Positions 40,989 to 50,947 of a stretch of 64,000 nt of DNA are shown here, one piece after another. The stretch is from positions 128,001-192,000 of the forward strand of contig JBGAIQ010000002.1 in the NCBI GenBank assembly GCA_044225365.1, read 5' to 3'. Position numbers and translations under genes: made by a program. This stretch comes from Planctomycetota bacterium (GTDB lineage: Bacteria; Planctomycetota; B15-G4; JADJEK01). A model generated the notes under the pieces. That model did no database searches and was not told where the DNA came from. It worked only from the letters and a program-made list of their open reading frames with translations. Positions within the stretch are counted from its first letter, which is position 1. Every line of letters begins with the position of its first letter.

Positions 40989-41890
40989 TGAAGAGATTCA
41001 TGCAATGGATCGGCATCCTCGCCGCGATTACGGCGCTGCTCGCTGTTTCGACCTTCCAGGTCGGCGAGGGCGAAGTGGCGATCGTGATGCGCTTCGGCGA
41101 GGTCCGACCCGAACCCGCGGGACCGGGGCTCCACTTCAAGCTCCCGACGCCGATCGACACGGTGATGCGCGTCGACACGCGAACCCACATCCTCGATCCC
41201 AAGTCCGAGGAGTACCTGACGAAGGACAAGAAGAACATCGTCGTCGACGCCTTCATGGCATGGCGCGTCTCGAACGTGCAGCAGTACGCGCTGACGTTCC
41301 GCTCGTCGCTCGAGGCCGAGACCCGGCTCAATGACGTGCTGCGTTCGGTGCTGAACGATGTTCTGCCGTCCCAGGAGTTCGCGGCTCTCATCTCTACGAA
41401 GGAGGGCGGGCCGTCGCTGAAAGACGTGAACGACGATCTCACGAAGCGCACGCACGATCGTGCGATCGACCGTTTCGGTATCGACGTCAAACTCGCCGCG
41501 ATCAAACGCATCAACTTCCCGGGTCAGAACAAGAATTCGGTGTACTCGCGGATGGAGGCGGATCGCAAGTCGCTCGCCCGCGGCTTCCGCTCGGAAGGCG
41601 AAGAGCAATACACGAAGATCCAATCGCAGACCGACCGCGAGGCCGCGGAGCTGCGTTCCGACGCGATGCGCAAAGCCGCGACGATCAAGGCGGAGACCGA
41701 CGCCGAGGTGAAGCGCACTTACGCCGAGGCCGCGGCGAAGGACCCGGAGTTGTGGAATCTGCTCCAGCAGCTCGACCTCGGCGCAGCGGCCTTCGGCGAC
41801 AAGACGACGATCGTGCTGCCGAGCGATTCGCCACTGCTCCTCCCGTTCGAAGCGCCCAAGGCGTCGAAACCCGGCAAGACGGGAGACTGA
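40988..41890 (+). CDS. hflC: HflC-like SPFH protein
   Basis: PGLHFKLP, YLTKDKKNIVVDAF..WRV, GIDV..IKRINFP, VYSRMEADR..FRSEG. Confidence 0.85.
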   Translation: MKRFMQWIGILAAITALLAVSTFQVGEGEVAIVMRFGEVRPEPAGPGLHFKLPTPIDTVMRVDTRTHILDPKSEEYLTKDKKNIVVDAFMAWRVSNVQQYALTFRSSLEAETRLNDVLRSVLNDVLPSQEFAALISTKEGGPSLKDVNDDLTKRTHDRAIDRFGIDVKLAAIKRINFPGQNKNSVYSRMEADRKSLARGFRSEGEEQYTKIQSQTDREAAELRSDAMRKAATIKAETDAEVKRTYAEAAAKDPELWNLLQQLDLGAAAFGDKTTIVLPSDSPLLLPFEAPKASKPGKTGD

Positions 41891-41894
41891 GCCG

Positions 41895-42884
41895 ATGGCG
41901 GAGCAGAACGTGGTCGAAAGAACGAATACGGGCGCGGCCATCCTCCGAGGAGTGACGATGCTGTTCGCGCTGGCGTTCGGCTCCGCCGCGTTGTGGTCCT
42001 CGACCTATGTCGTGAAGCCGAACGAAGCCGGCGTGATCCTCGCGTTCGGCAAGGTCACGAGTGTCGCCCCGCCCGGCATGCACATGACGCTGCCGTGGCC
42101 GTTCGGCGACATGATCCGAGTGAACACGAGTTCCGTCGACCGCATCTCCGTCGGATTCAGGATCCTCGACCGCGAGAGGGGTCTGCAGCCGACCGAAGAC
42201 ATGGTGCAGTGGCTGACCGGCGACACCAACATCGTCGAGCTGCAGGCCGTCGTGCTCTACACGATCCAGGACCCGAGGAAGTTCCTGTTCGAGATCAGCG
42301 ATTCCGGCGAAGAGGGGTGGCTGCCGCTTCCCGAGCCGCAGCGCACCGTCGTGCGTCGCGCGGCCGACGCGGTGCTCACTCGTCGCATCGCGAGGATGTC
42401 GATCGACGAACTGCTCCTCGAAGGCAAGGTGGAGCTGCAGACCTCCGCGGTCGACGAGATCCAGTCGATGCTCGACATGCTCGACGCCGGCATCCACGTC
42501 TCCGCGGTGCAGATCCAATCCGTCGCTCCGCCGAAGATCGTGATCGAGACGTTCAACGACGTGCAGAGCGCTCGCTCCGATCGCGAGCGCCGCATCTCCG
42601 AGGCCGACGGCTACAAGCTCGACACGATCCCGAAAGCGCGCGGCATCGCGAACTCGCTCGAGCAGGAAGCCGAGACCTATCGCACCGAGCAACTGAATCG
42701 CGCGAAGGGCGTGCTCGCGAACTTCGACAAGCTGCGCGACGAGGTGAGCCGCAATCGCGACGTCGTCATGCGCCAGCTCTGGATCGACACGATGCAGAAG
42801 ATCCTGAAGAAGGCGCGGATCATCCAGGTGCCCGCGGGCGCGCCGCAATCGCCGGCACAGCGCCTGTTCATCGAGGCGTCCTGA
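41895..42884 (+). CDS. hflK: HflK-like SPFH protein
   Basis: LTGDTNIV, PPKIVIETFNDVQSARSDRER..EADGY..IPKARG, RQLWIDTM. Confidence 0.85.
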   Translation: MAEQNVVERTNTGAAILRGVTMLFALAFGSAALWSSTYVVKPNEAGVILAFGKVTSVAPPGMHMTLPWPFGDMIRVNTSSVDRISVGFRILDRERGLQPTEDMVQWLTGDTNIVELQAVVLYTIQDPRKFLFEISDSGEEGWLPLPEPQRTVVRRAADAVLTRRIARMSIDELLLEGKVELQTSAVDEIQSMLDMLDAGIHVSAVQIQSVAPPKIVIETFNDVQSARSDRERRISEADGYKLDTIPKARGIANSLEQEAETYRTEQLNRAKGVLANFDKLRDEVSRNRDVVMRQLWIDTMQKILKKARIIQVPAGAPQSPAQRLFIEAS

Positions 42885-42891
42885 TCCTGCT

Positions 42892-43266
42892 CTACGGCGT
42901 CCGCGTCTTGCGTGGCAGAAGGACGAAGTGCCAGAGTCCGAACGCCACGTCGACCGCTCCGAACAGGTAGAAGAACGGCGCGACCTCGCCGAGCGCGGCG
43001 CTCCCGATCACGTAAGCGCCGCCGAGCAGCCGCAGGAAGATCGCTCCGCCGACGACGCGCAGGTGACGTTCGAGATCGAGCGCGGGCAATGCGTAGAAGA
43101 CCGAGAGGCCGATCAGGAAGATGCCCTGCATCCGCGCGTAGAACGGTTCGCTCGGGAACGGGATCGGCAACACGTGCGACAGGGGTCGCAAGGCGAACAC
43201 GATCGAGAGACCGAGGAGCGCGTCGTAGATCGCGCCGACGAGCATCGAGAAACCAAGCTTGGTCAT
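42892..43266 (-). CDS. Hypothetical four-TM membrane protein
   Basis: 124 aa with four hydrophobic helices; fills the gap between hflK and trxB. Confidence 0.7.
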   Translation of the reverse strand: MTKLGFSMLVGAIYDALLGLSIVFALRPLSHVLPIPFPSEPFYARMQGIFLIGLSVFYALPALDLERHLRVVGGAIFLRLLGGAYVIGSAALGEVAPFFYLFGAVDVAFGLWHFVLLPRKTRTP

Positions 43267-43378
43267 GCCGAATCTCAGGGACGGTTCATGATCGAGTCGA
43301 AGCCGCGGTCGCGCCGGGATTGAGCGCTCGGCACGAACAAGTTACCCTGGTCCCTTCGTTTCTGCTCGGGAGCAAAGC

Positions 43379-44314
43379 ATGTCGGACGCGCGCAACGTGA
43401 TCATCATCGGTTCGGGTCCCGCGGGCTACACGGCGGGGATCTACGCCGCTCGCGCCAATTTGAAGCCGCTGATGTTCGAAGGCATCCAGGCCGGCGGGCA
43501 GCTCATGATCACGAACGACGTGGAGAACTACCCGGGGTTCCCCGAGGGCATCAAGGGCCCCGAGTTGATGGACCTGTTCAAGAAACAGGCCGTTCGATTC
43601 GGCACCGAGACGATGACGCAGAACGTCGAGGTCGTCGACTTCAGCAAGCGACCGTTCAAGGTGACGTCCGAGGGCAAGGACTACTTCGGCCACACGATCA
43701 TCGTGGCGACCGGAGCGACGGCGAAGCTCATCGGTCTCGAATCCGAACGCCAGCTCATGGGCTCGGGCGTATCCGCGTGCGCGACGTGCGATGGCTTCTT
43801 CTTCAAGAACAAGGATGTCTGCATCGTCGGCGGTGGCGATACCGCGATGGAGGAAGCGACGTTCCTCACCCGCTACGCGAGCAAGGTGCACGTCATCCAT
43901 CGGCGCGACACATTGCGCGCCTCGAAGATCATGCAGCAGCGCGCGAAGGACAACCCCAAGATCGACTTCATCTGGGACACCGAAGTGATCGAAGTCCTCG
44001 ATCCCAAGAAGAAGCAGATCGAGGCGCTGCGCCTCAAGAACCTCAAGACCGGCGTCGAGACCGTGCGTCCGACGCAGGGCTTGTTCGTCGCGATCGGTCA
44101 CCAGCCGAACACCGAGATCTTCAAGGGTCAGCTCGAGCTCAACGACGTCGGATACGTGATCGTGAAGAAGGGAACGATGACGAGCAAGGACGGCATCTTC
44201 GCCGCGGGCGACGTCGCCGACCCCGTGTGGCGCCAGGCCGTCACGGCCGCGGGCACGGGCTGCGCTGCCGCGATCGACGCGGAGCGTTGGCTCGAGGCGC
44301 ACGGCAGCCACTAG
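43379..44314 (+). CDS. trxB: Thioredoxin-disulfide reductase
   Basis: IIGSGPAGYTA, VENYPGF, GVSACATCDGFFF, GGGDTAMEEA, AAGDV. Confidence 0.97.
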   Translation: MSDARNVIIIGSGPAGYTAGIYAARANLKPLMFEGIQAGGQLMITNDVENYPGFPEGIKGPELMDLFKKQAVRFGTETMTQNVEVVDFSKRPFKVTSEGKDYFGHTIIVATGATAKLIGLESERQLMGSGVSACATCDGFFFKNKDVCIVGGGDTAMEEATFLTRYASKVHVIHRRDTLRASKIMQQRAKDNPKIDFIWDTEVIEVLDPKKKQIEALRLKNLKTGVETVRPTQGLFVAIGHQPNTEIFKGQLELNDVGYVIVKKGTMTSKDGIFAAGDVADPVWRQAVTAAGTGCAAAIDAERWLEAHGSH

Positions 44315-45462
44315 TCGTTCGGCGTTCGCGCGAGGCGTAGTGCTTTCTTGCCGAGGGCGGAGAAGCCGAGGCCGTCGAGCGCGAAGGCCTCGACGAAGAC
44401 GATTCCTTCTGGATCGGGTTCGGCGGCGATCCGACGGTCGGGTTCGTTCACCGTGGCCGTGGAACCTCGCGAAGGCTTCGTCCGGCGTCGAAGCCGCGCG
44501 CGAAAGACCTCGATCGCGATCTGGTGATGCGTAATCGCGTGCTTCGCCGCACCAAGCCGTTCGAAGTCCACGACGACGAGACCGAGACGTTGCGCGAGGT
44601 TCGACAGCGCGACGGTCGCATCGCTGTCTTCAGCGAGCTCGACCGCGGGAAGATCGTGGAGGCCGGCCATCCGCGTTCCCGGCGCCCGGCGTACCACCGC
44701 GATGCGGGAATCGTCGACGATCACGCATGATGCGAGTCGCACCGGGATCGTCGCGCGCCGTTTCTTCGGCAACGGAAAGCGCTCGACGACGCGGTGCTCG
44801 AACGCTTGGCACTCCTTCGCGACGGGGCAAGAACCACAGCGCGGAGTGGCCGGCGTGCACACGACGGCTCCGAGCTCCATCAGCGCCTGATTGAAATCCC
44901 CCGGAGCCATCGCAGGAACGAGCGCGTCGGCGATTCGCCACAGCGCCTGCTCCGTGTCCTTCGAGCGCAGATCCCCGCCGATGCGGAAGAGCCGCGAGAG
45001 GACGCGCGCGACGTTGCCGTCGACGAGCGGCGTGCGTTCGGAGAAGGCGATGCTCGCGACGGCGCCCGCGGTGTAGCGGCCGATCCCTGGTAGTTCGCGC
45101 AGCGCCTGCGCCGTTCTTGGGAAGTTCCCTCCGTGCTCGTTCACGACGGCCTCCGCCGCGGCCTTGAGGAATCGCGCTCGGCGGTAGTAGCCGAGTCCGG
45201 CCCAGTGGGCGAGGACGTCGTCCGCGGCGGCGGCGGCGAGTGCTTGCGGAGTGGGGAAGCGTTGGACGAAGCGTTCGAAGTACGGGATCACCGTCTCGAC
45301 GCGCGTCTGCTGCAGCATCACCTCGGACACGAGGATTCGATAGGGGTCCTTCGTCCGGCGCCACGGCAGATCACGGCGCTCCTTCGCGAACCACGCGAGC
45401 AGCGCGTGGCGGATGCGAGCGAGGGTTGCGGCGGGAGGGGTGGATTCGGGAACGGGAGACAT
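44311..45462 (-). CDS. mutY: A/G-specific adenine glycosylase
   Basis: RDLPWRR, VSEVMLQQT, WAGLGYYRRA, LPGIGRYTAGA, VDGNVARV, C-x6-C-x2-C-x5-C Fe-S motif. Confidence 0.96.
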   Translation of the reverse strand: MSPVPESTPPAATLARIRHALLAWFAKERRDLPWRRTKDPYRILVSEVMLQQTRVETVIPYFERFVQRFPTPQALAAAAADDVLAHWAGLGYYRRARFLKAAAEAVVNEHGGNFPRTAQALRELPGIGRYTAGAVASIAFSERTPLVDGNVARVLSRLFRIGGDLRSKDTEQALWRIADALVPAMAPGDFNQALMELGAVVCTPATPRCGSCPVAKECQAFEHRVVERFPLPKKRRATIPVRLASCVIVDDSRIAVVRRAPGTRMAGLHDLPAVELAEDSDATVALSNLAQRLGLVVVDFERLGAAKHAITHHQIAIEVFRARLRRRTKPSRGSTATVNEPDRRIAAEPDPEGIVFVEAFALDGLGFSALGKKALRLARTPND

Positions 45463-45542
45463 CGCCGCAGACTACGCGAAACGCGTACAGTACGGCAGTA
45501 GAGGCCCGCGCCGGCGATGGATTGCCAACGGGACTTGGGGCG

Positions 45543-45803
45543 TCAGTGATCCGAGAGCGCGGTGGCGGCGTTCGCCGTCCGTTCGGCGCGGCACATCGAG
45601 AACACGAAGGCCCCGACGAAGAGCAGGGCGAGTGCGAGTGCGATCGTCATCACCCAGGAATGGTGCTGCAGATGCACCGGCCAGTTCTCGGGTACGCGAG
45701 GAGGGAGCTCATCTCCGACGGCACGATCCTGGGGGGAATGGGGGTCGTCTATGGCTGGTGGATCACCGTGCCGCCGGAGCTGAGTCAATTCATGATTCGA
45801 CAT
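45543..45803 (-). CDS. Small hypothetical single-TM protein
   Basis: 86-aa ORF with one clear hydrophobic helix. Confidence 0.4.
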   Translation of the reverse strand: MSNHELTQLRRHGDPPAIDDPHSPQDRAVGDELPPRVPENWPVHLQHHSWVMTIALALALLFVGAFVFSMCRAERTANAATALSDH

Positions 45804-46060
45804 TGCCAGGCCGCCGTGGGAATCGGGGGAACCTGAATGCTCGGATCACACCCGCCGAAGGTGAAATCCTCGATGAACACAGATCAGAGATACGTGAAAG
45901 GCTTCTTCTTCGAGAGTCGCGCCAGCGCGCGTCACCGAATGTCGACTTTGAGGCGTCATTGTACCGCAATGTTCCATCGCTTTGAAGTGAATCTGACGCC
46001 TCGGCCGCCGACGCAACGACCGTCCCGAGTGTTCCATGCAAATCGATGAACGGCCAGTAA

Positions 46061-46088
46061 TGGACCCGGGGGCCTGCAGTCCTATAAT
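46061..46088 (+). promoter_or_regulatory. Possible sigma70-type promoter for lptF/G
   Basis: TGGACC-N16-TATAAT about 90 bp upstream of the start. Confidence 0.4.
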
Positions 46089-46177
46089 CTCACGTTTTTG
46101 GTCGGGTCCCTTGGAGATGTGCGTGCACTACGCCCTTGGGCGACTTCTGGATTTCCTCGAACCCCTGGGGTGAAGCG

Positions 46178-47272
46178 ATGCCGATCTTCCACCGCCAGAT
46201 CTTGAAGGAACTCTTCATCAATGCCTTGATCACGTTCAGCGTGATCACCGGCATCTTCATCATCGCGGGTTCGCTCTCCGTCCTGCACAAGTCGAATCTG
46301 CTGACGTTCTCTGTGTTCCTGCGCGGCGTGTACTTCTTCGTCGGGACGAACCTCGACAAGATCCTGCCGATGACCGTGCTCGTGGCGACCGTCGTCTCGT
46401 TCGGGCGGCTGTCGGCCGACAACGAGCTCAACGCCATCCGCCACTGCGGCATCAGCCTCTACAACATCTTCGCCCCGGGCCTCATGTTCGGGCTGCTCAT
46501 GTCGGGAATCGTGCTCTACGTCAACGATCGCATCGCGCCCGCGATGGAGTTGAACAGCAAGTCGATGCTCGAGAAGAGCATGTCGGAGACGATCGAGGCC
46601 GCCCTCGAACAGGGAACGGGACGGATCCCGATCTCCGACAAGATCTGCCTGCTCTTCGATGCCGCGGATCCGGCGGCGCACGAGTTCGAGCACATTCGCC
46701 TGAAGTTCTACGGCGAGGCGACGGACGACAAGCCGGCCACCATCAAGAACGAGATCGTCGCGCAGCGAGGCAAGCTCGCGGTCGATGCGGAGAACAGTCT
46801 GCTCCTGCTCACGCTCGTCGGGATCGAAAGCCTCTCCGGGAGTTCGGCCGGTGCGACGTTCGGCAGCGTGCAGAACTTCTCGTGGCCCTTGCCCGACGAG
46901 GCGATCAACAAGCGCCCGCGCCACCAGACCCTCGCCGAGTTGATCGCTGCCACGAGTCGGAAGGCCTATCGTGGAGATCCTCGTGCGCGCGAGATCCGCG
47001 GTGAGTACCATCGGCGCATCTCGGGTTCTCTCGCCTGCGTTCTGTTCGCGCTCCTCGGTATGCCCCTCGCCATCATCTTCCGTCACGGCAATCGAATGGT
47101 CGCGTTCTTGATCGCCTTCCTCATCGCGATCGCGGTCTACTATCCGACATTCATCCTGGGTGAACTCCTCTCGAAGTCGACGGACATCAATCCCATTCTC
47201 GCCATGTGGTCGGGTTCGATCGTGCTGCTCGTTCTCGGCAGCTCGCTCACGACCGTCGTACTTCGGAGGTAG
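46178..47272 (+). CDS. lptF: LptF/LptG-family permease (LptF-like)
   Basis: SFGRLSADNELNAIRHCGISL, EYHRRIS..LLGMPLA; 3+3 TM layout. Confidence 0.85.
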   Translation: MPIFHRQILKELFINALITFSVITGIFIIAGSLSVLHKSNLLTFSVFLRGVYFFVGTNLDKILPMTVLVATVVSFGRLSADNELNAIRHCGISLYNIFAPGLMFGLLMSGIVLYVNDRIAPAMELNSKSMLEKSMSETIEAALEQGTGRIPISDKICLLFDAADPAAHEFEHIRLKFYGEATDDKPATIKNEIVAQRGKLAVDAENSLLLLTLVGIESLSGSSAGATFGSVQNFSWPLPDEAINKRPRHQTLAELIAATSRKAYRGDPRAREIRGEYHRRISGSLACVLFALLGMPLAIIFRHGNRMVAFLIAFLIAIAVYYPTFILGELLSKSTDINPILAMWSGSIVLLVLGSSLTTVVLRR

Positions 47273-47278
47273 TCGCTA

Positions 47279-48334
47279 GTGGGGAAACTCGACCGTTACG
47301 TCGCCAGCCACTTCCTGTCGTCGTACGGGGTGTGCCTTCTCTTCTTCCTCGGGATGTTCGTGCTGATCGATCTGTTCAGCAAGAGTGACGACCTGTTCGA
47401 GAACGCGCGAGAGATCGCGAAGATGGGCCACTCGATGGGCCCGCTCGTGCTCAAGTTCTACGCGCTGATGCTCCCCTTCATCTTCCTGCAGGTCGCGCCC
47501 TTCGTCACGGTGATGGCGGCGATCTTCGCCATCACTCGATTGCGTCGAACCAACGAGATGATCCCGATGGTCGTGGCGGGGCGCTCGCTGTATCGCGTGC
47601 TGTTGCCGATCTTCTGCTTCTCGATCGTGCTCGCGGTGGGAATGGGATTGATCCAGCAGTACATCGCGCCGGGCCTCGCCGATCAGCGCGAGAAGCTGAA
47701 GGATCTGTTGTTCAAGGCGAAGACCGAGCGGATCGTGAACGGCGAGTTCAAGGTCGGTCCCGCGGAGTGGATCTCGGTCCGCGGCTACGACGTCGACAAG
47801 CGCACGATGTCCTACTTCGACTTCACGAACATCCGTTCGGCGGAGGCGTCGACGGTGGGTCACAATGCGACATGGGACTCCTCTCGCCAGCGGTTCGTGT
47901 ATCACGTCGAAGTGCCCGATGCCTCGGGCAAGCTCGTCAAGCAGGAGCGCATGCTGTCGGCGGCGCTCGATCCGTCGATCCTCGAATCCCAGGATCGCGG
48001 TCCCTACGACCTGTCGTTCTCGCAGGCGCAGTACCTGTTCGAGAAGACGGAGCAGGCGCGCTGGAAGGTGCTGCTGCACTATCACATCACGTTCCCACTC
48101 TCGAACCTGCTGTTGTTGCTGCTCGCGTTGCCGTTCGTCTTGAAGCCGGGCGCTCGCTCGCTGCTGCTCGGAATGGTGATCGCGATCCTGATCTGCGGCG
48201 CCTACTTCGCGTTCGACGCGACGATGCGCAACATGGGCGAGAAGGGGAACCTCCACCCGGTTCTCGCGGCGTGGTTCGGGGTGATCTTCTTCGGCTCCCT
48301 CGGCGTCGTCCTCGCGGATGGCGTGAAGACCTGA
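47279..48334 (+). CDS. lptG: LptF/LptG-family permease (LptG-like)
   Basis: KLDRYV, LRRTNEMIPMVVAGRSLYR, LHPVLAAW. Confidence 0.85.
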   Translation: MGKLDRYVASHFLSSYGVCLLFFLGMFVLIDLFSKSDDLFENAREIAKMGHSMGPLVLKFYALMLPFIFLQVAPFVTVMAAIFAITRLRRTNEMIPMVVAGRSLYRVLLPIFCFSIVLAVGMGLIQQYIAPGLADQREKLKDLLFKAKTERIVNGEFKVGPAEWISVRGYDVDKRTMSYFDFTNIRSAEASTVGHNATWDSSRQRFVYHVEVPDASGKLVKQERMLSAALDPSILESQDRGPYDLSFSQAQYLFEKTEQARWKVLLHYHITFPLSNLLLLLLALPFVLKPGARSLLLGMVIAILICGAYFAFDATMRNMGEKGNLHPVLAAWFGVIFFGSLGVVLADGVKT

Positions 48335-48337
48335 GGG

Positions 48338-49224
48338 CGATCTCCTTGGCGCCCACATTCGTGAGGACCGCCGAGCCGGCCCCCGACCGCATCCGTGAAC
48401 GCAGAAGCATGCGTCGTGGCTGTCCGTGACGGCGAAGTCGATCGTTTCACACGGAGGGCCACGGAGGTCAGAGGAGGGCCACGGAGGTCGGAGAAGAACG
48501 GATCTTTCAAAGGGGGCCGTCCGCCGCCCGCGCTGCGATCTCCTTCGCGCCCGCCTTCGTGAGGACCGCCGAGCCGGCCCCCTTTCCTACTTCCTGACCT
48601 CCGTGAACCTCCGTGGCAAACTCCGGATCGATCCCCGCCAGTGCGTGCGGGAATGCGCAAGCGAGCGTTCCGGCTGTCCGTGACGGCGAAGTCGATCGTT
48701 TCACACGGAGGGCCACGGAGGTCAGAGGAGGGCCACGGAGGTCGGAGAAGAGCAGAAGTTCAAAAGGGGCCGTCCGCTTCTCGCGACGCGATCTCCTTCG
48801 CGCCCGACTTCGTGAGGACCGCCGAGCCGGCCCCTTTTCCTACTTCCTGACCTCCGTGGTCCGCCTCTTACCTCCGTGAACCTCCGTGGCAAACTCCGGA
48901 TCGGTCCCCGCCAGTCCGTGCGGGAATGCGCAAACGAGCGTTCCGGCTGTCCGTGTGGACGAAGTCGATCGTTTCACACGGAGGGCCACGGAGGTCAGAG
49001 GAGGGCCACGGAGGTCGGAGAAGAACGGATCTTTCAAAGGGGCCGTCCGCCGCCCGCGCCGTGATCTCCTTCGCGCCCGCGTTCGTGAGGACCGCCGAGC
49101 CGGCCCCCTTTCCTACTTCCTGACCTCCGTGGTCCTCCTCTTACCTCCGTGAACCTCCGTGGCAAACTCCGGATCGGTCCCTGCGGATGCGCACGCGAAT
49201 GCAGAAGCAGGCGTCGCGCAGCGG
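48338..49224 (+). repeat. Tandem array of about 3.3 copies of a 254-273 bp non-coding element with long internal inverted repeats (REPIN/MITE-like)
   Basis: Units start at 48418, 48672 and 48945 (GGCTGTCCGTG..); arms CACGGAGGGCCACGGAGGTCAGAGGAGGGCCACGGAGGTC and GACCTCCGTGGTCCTCCTCTTACCTCCGTGAACCTCCGTG. Confidence 0.92.
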
Positions 49225-49261
49225 AGAAGAGAGGGTCGTTCGCTAGAAGAGCTTGCCGCGA

Positions 49262-50947
49262 TCAGGAACTCGAAGCGCGCGTCCGGTAGCGGTCGGGGTT
49301 GTCGAGGGCGTCGGAGATCAGGGCGCGCAGGCGCGCGATGTCCTGGCTGTCGAGTGCGGAGACCAGCTCGCCGCCGTGGCGCGCCGCGATGGGCGCGAAG
49401 TCGTCCGGGTTCACCCGGTCCTTCTTGTTGAACAGGAGCAACGTCGGCTTCTCGAGGAGATCGAGGTCGGCGAGCGTGCGACGCACTGCATCGAGGTGTT
49501 CGACCACCGCGGGATTGGCCGCGTCGGCGACGTGGACGAGAACGTCCGCCTCGGAGAGACCTTCGAGCGTCGCGCGGAACGCGTTCACCAGATCGCGTGG
49601 AAGATCGCGGATGAAGCCCACCGTATCGGTCAGTACCACGTGGTCGGTCCGATCCGGGATGTACATCTGGCGCGCGGTCGGATCGAGCGTCGCGAAGAGC
49701 TTGTCCTCCGCGATCACGTGCGCGCCGGTGAGGCAGTTGAACAGCGTCGACTTGCCGGCGTTGGTGTAGCCGACGAGCGACACGACTCGCGTGTTCGCGC
49801 GCTCGCGCTGCTTGCGTTGCTCATGGCGTCGCTTGGAGAGCTGCTCGATCCGCTTCTCGAGTTCGGAAATGCGATCGCGGATGTGACGCCGCGTCATCGC
49901 TGCCGCCGTCTCACCGCCACCGACCATCGCGCCGATGCCGCCGCCACCGATGCGCGATCGCGTGCCGCGCTCGAGTGAGACGCGAGGCATGTCGTACTTG
50001 AGCCGTGCGAGCTCGACTTGCATCTTGCCGTCGGTCGACTGCGCGCGCTGCCCGAAGATGTCGAGGATCAACGCGGTGCGATCGACGATCTTCAATCGCA
50101 GGTTGCTCTCCAGATTACGGGCCTGGACCGGCGACAGCTCGCGATCGAATACGATGATGTCGGCGTTGGCGCGAATGGCGTGGAGTTCGACTTCCTCGAC
50201 CTTGCCCGAGGTCAGGTACGAAGCGGGATCGATGCGTCGCAACTTCACGGGGAGGCGTTCGACGACCGCGCAACCGGCCGAACGCGTCAGCTCCGAGATC
50301 TCCGCGATCGCATCCTCCATGTTGATCCCGGGGCCGTCCTCGAGGGCGACGACCATCGCCCGCGTCTTGCCTTTGACGTCGCGAACCTTGGGCGCGCGCT
50401 CCGCGAACTCGCGTTCGAGCAGTGCGATCGCCTGCGCGAAGTCCTGCGGCACGTTCTCGAGTCGGATGTCCTCCGATTCCTCGTACGTCTGTCCCGATGG
50501 ATTGGGCGGCATCAGCTTGGCGATTCGCACCATCTTGCAGGTGCTGTTGCCGAGCGCGCGGACTTCGACGAGGGAATCGAGTCGGAAGTGCTGGAGGTCG
50601 GCGAGGTCGTTCTTGTTGATCGAGTGATCCTTCGTCCCGCGAACTTCGTCGATGACCGTCTCGACGAGACGGATCCCGCAGAGGCGACCCGACGCGCGAC
50701 GCGTCGGTGGGGGCTGCGGCACCTCGAGGTGGGTCGCGCTCCCGAGGATGACGTGCTCGACCTCACCCGCGCGATTCACGTAGAGGCCGATGCGTCGATT
50801 GAGCTTCACCGAGAGCGCCGCGAGCTCGTGGGCGAGGTCGGTGCTGATGTACTGTTCGCGGGGGATCCGGCGTTCCGCGAGACGCTCCAGGTGTTCGATC
50901 TCGCTCTTCTTCAGTCCTAGCGTCTTGCCGTAGATCTCAGTCTTCAT
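49262..50947 (-). CDS. hflX: GTPase HflX, long N-terminal form
   Basis: ELSPVQARNLE, LILDIF, VGYTNAGKST, LFATLDPT, DTVGFI, NKKD. Confidence 0.95.
   Translation of the reverse strand: MKTEIYGKTLGLKKSEIEHLERLAERRIPREQYISTDLAHELAALSVKLNRRIGLYVNRAGEVEHVILGSATHLEVPQPPPTRRASGRLCGIRLVETVIDEVRGTKDHSINKNDLADLQHFRLDSLVEVRALGNSTCKMVRIAKLMPPNPSGQTYEESEDIRLENVPQDFAQAIALLEREFAERAPKVRDVKGKTRAMVVALEDGPGINMEDAIAEISELTRSAGCAVVERLPVKLRRIDPASYLTSGKVEEVELHAIRANADIIVFDRELSPVQARNLESNLRLKIVDRTALILDIFGQRAQSTDGKMQVELARLKYDMPRVSLERGTRSRIGGGGIGAMVGGGETAAAMTRRHIRDRISELEKRIEQLSKRRHEQRKQRERANTRVVSLVGYTNAGKSTLFNCLTGAHVIAEDKLFATLDPTARQMYIPDRTDHVVLTDTVGFIRDLPRDLVNAFRATLEGLSEADVLVHVADAANPAVVEHLDAVRRTLADLDLLEKPTLLLFNKKDRVNPDDFAPIAARHGGELVSALDSQDIARLRALISDALDNPDRYRTRASSS

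Noticed and set aside
36700-44314. A single operon joining the selenoprotein, metal transporters and trxB
   Set aside because: Two terminator-like hairpins and an opposite-strand gene interrupt it; a functional link is possible but the sequence does not show it.
45790-46049. Small ORFs in the AT-richer gap before lptF
   Set aside because: No clear RBS or motif; the region looks like divergent promoter DNA.
48426-49152. Repeated short ORFs within the tandem array
   Set aside because: They occur in all frames and strands, differ by frame-breaking indels between units, and have no recognisable motif.
48338-49224. Possible CRISPR array
   Set aside because: Period is 254-273 bp, the inter-arm sequences are nearly identical rather than unique spacers, and no cas genes are present.
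40988-50947. Canonical hflX-hflK-hflC operon
   Set aside because: hflX is on the opposite strand more than 6 kb away, and the hflC/hflK-like genes are coupled to the metal permease instead.
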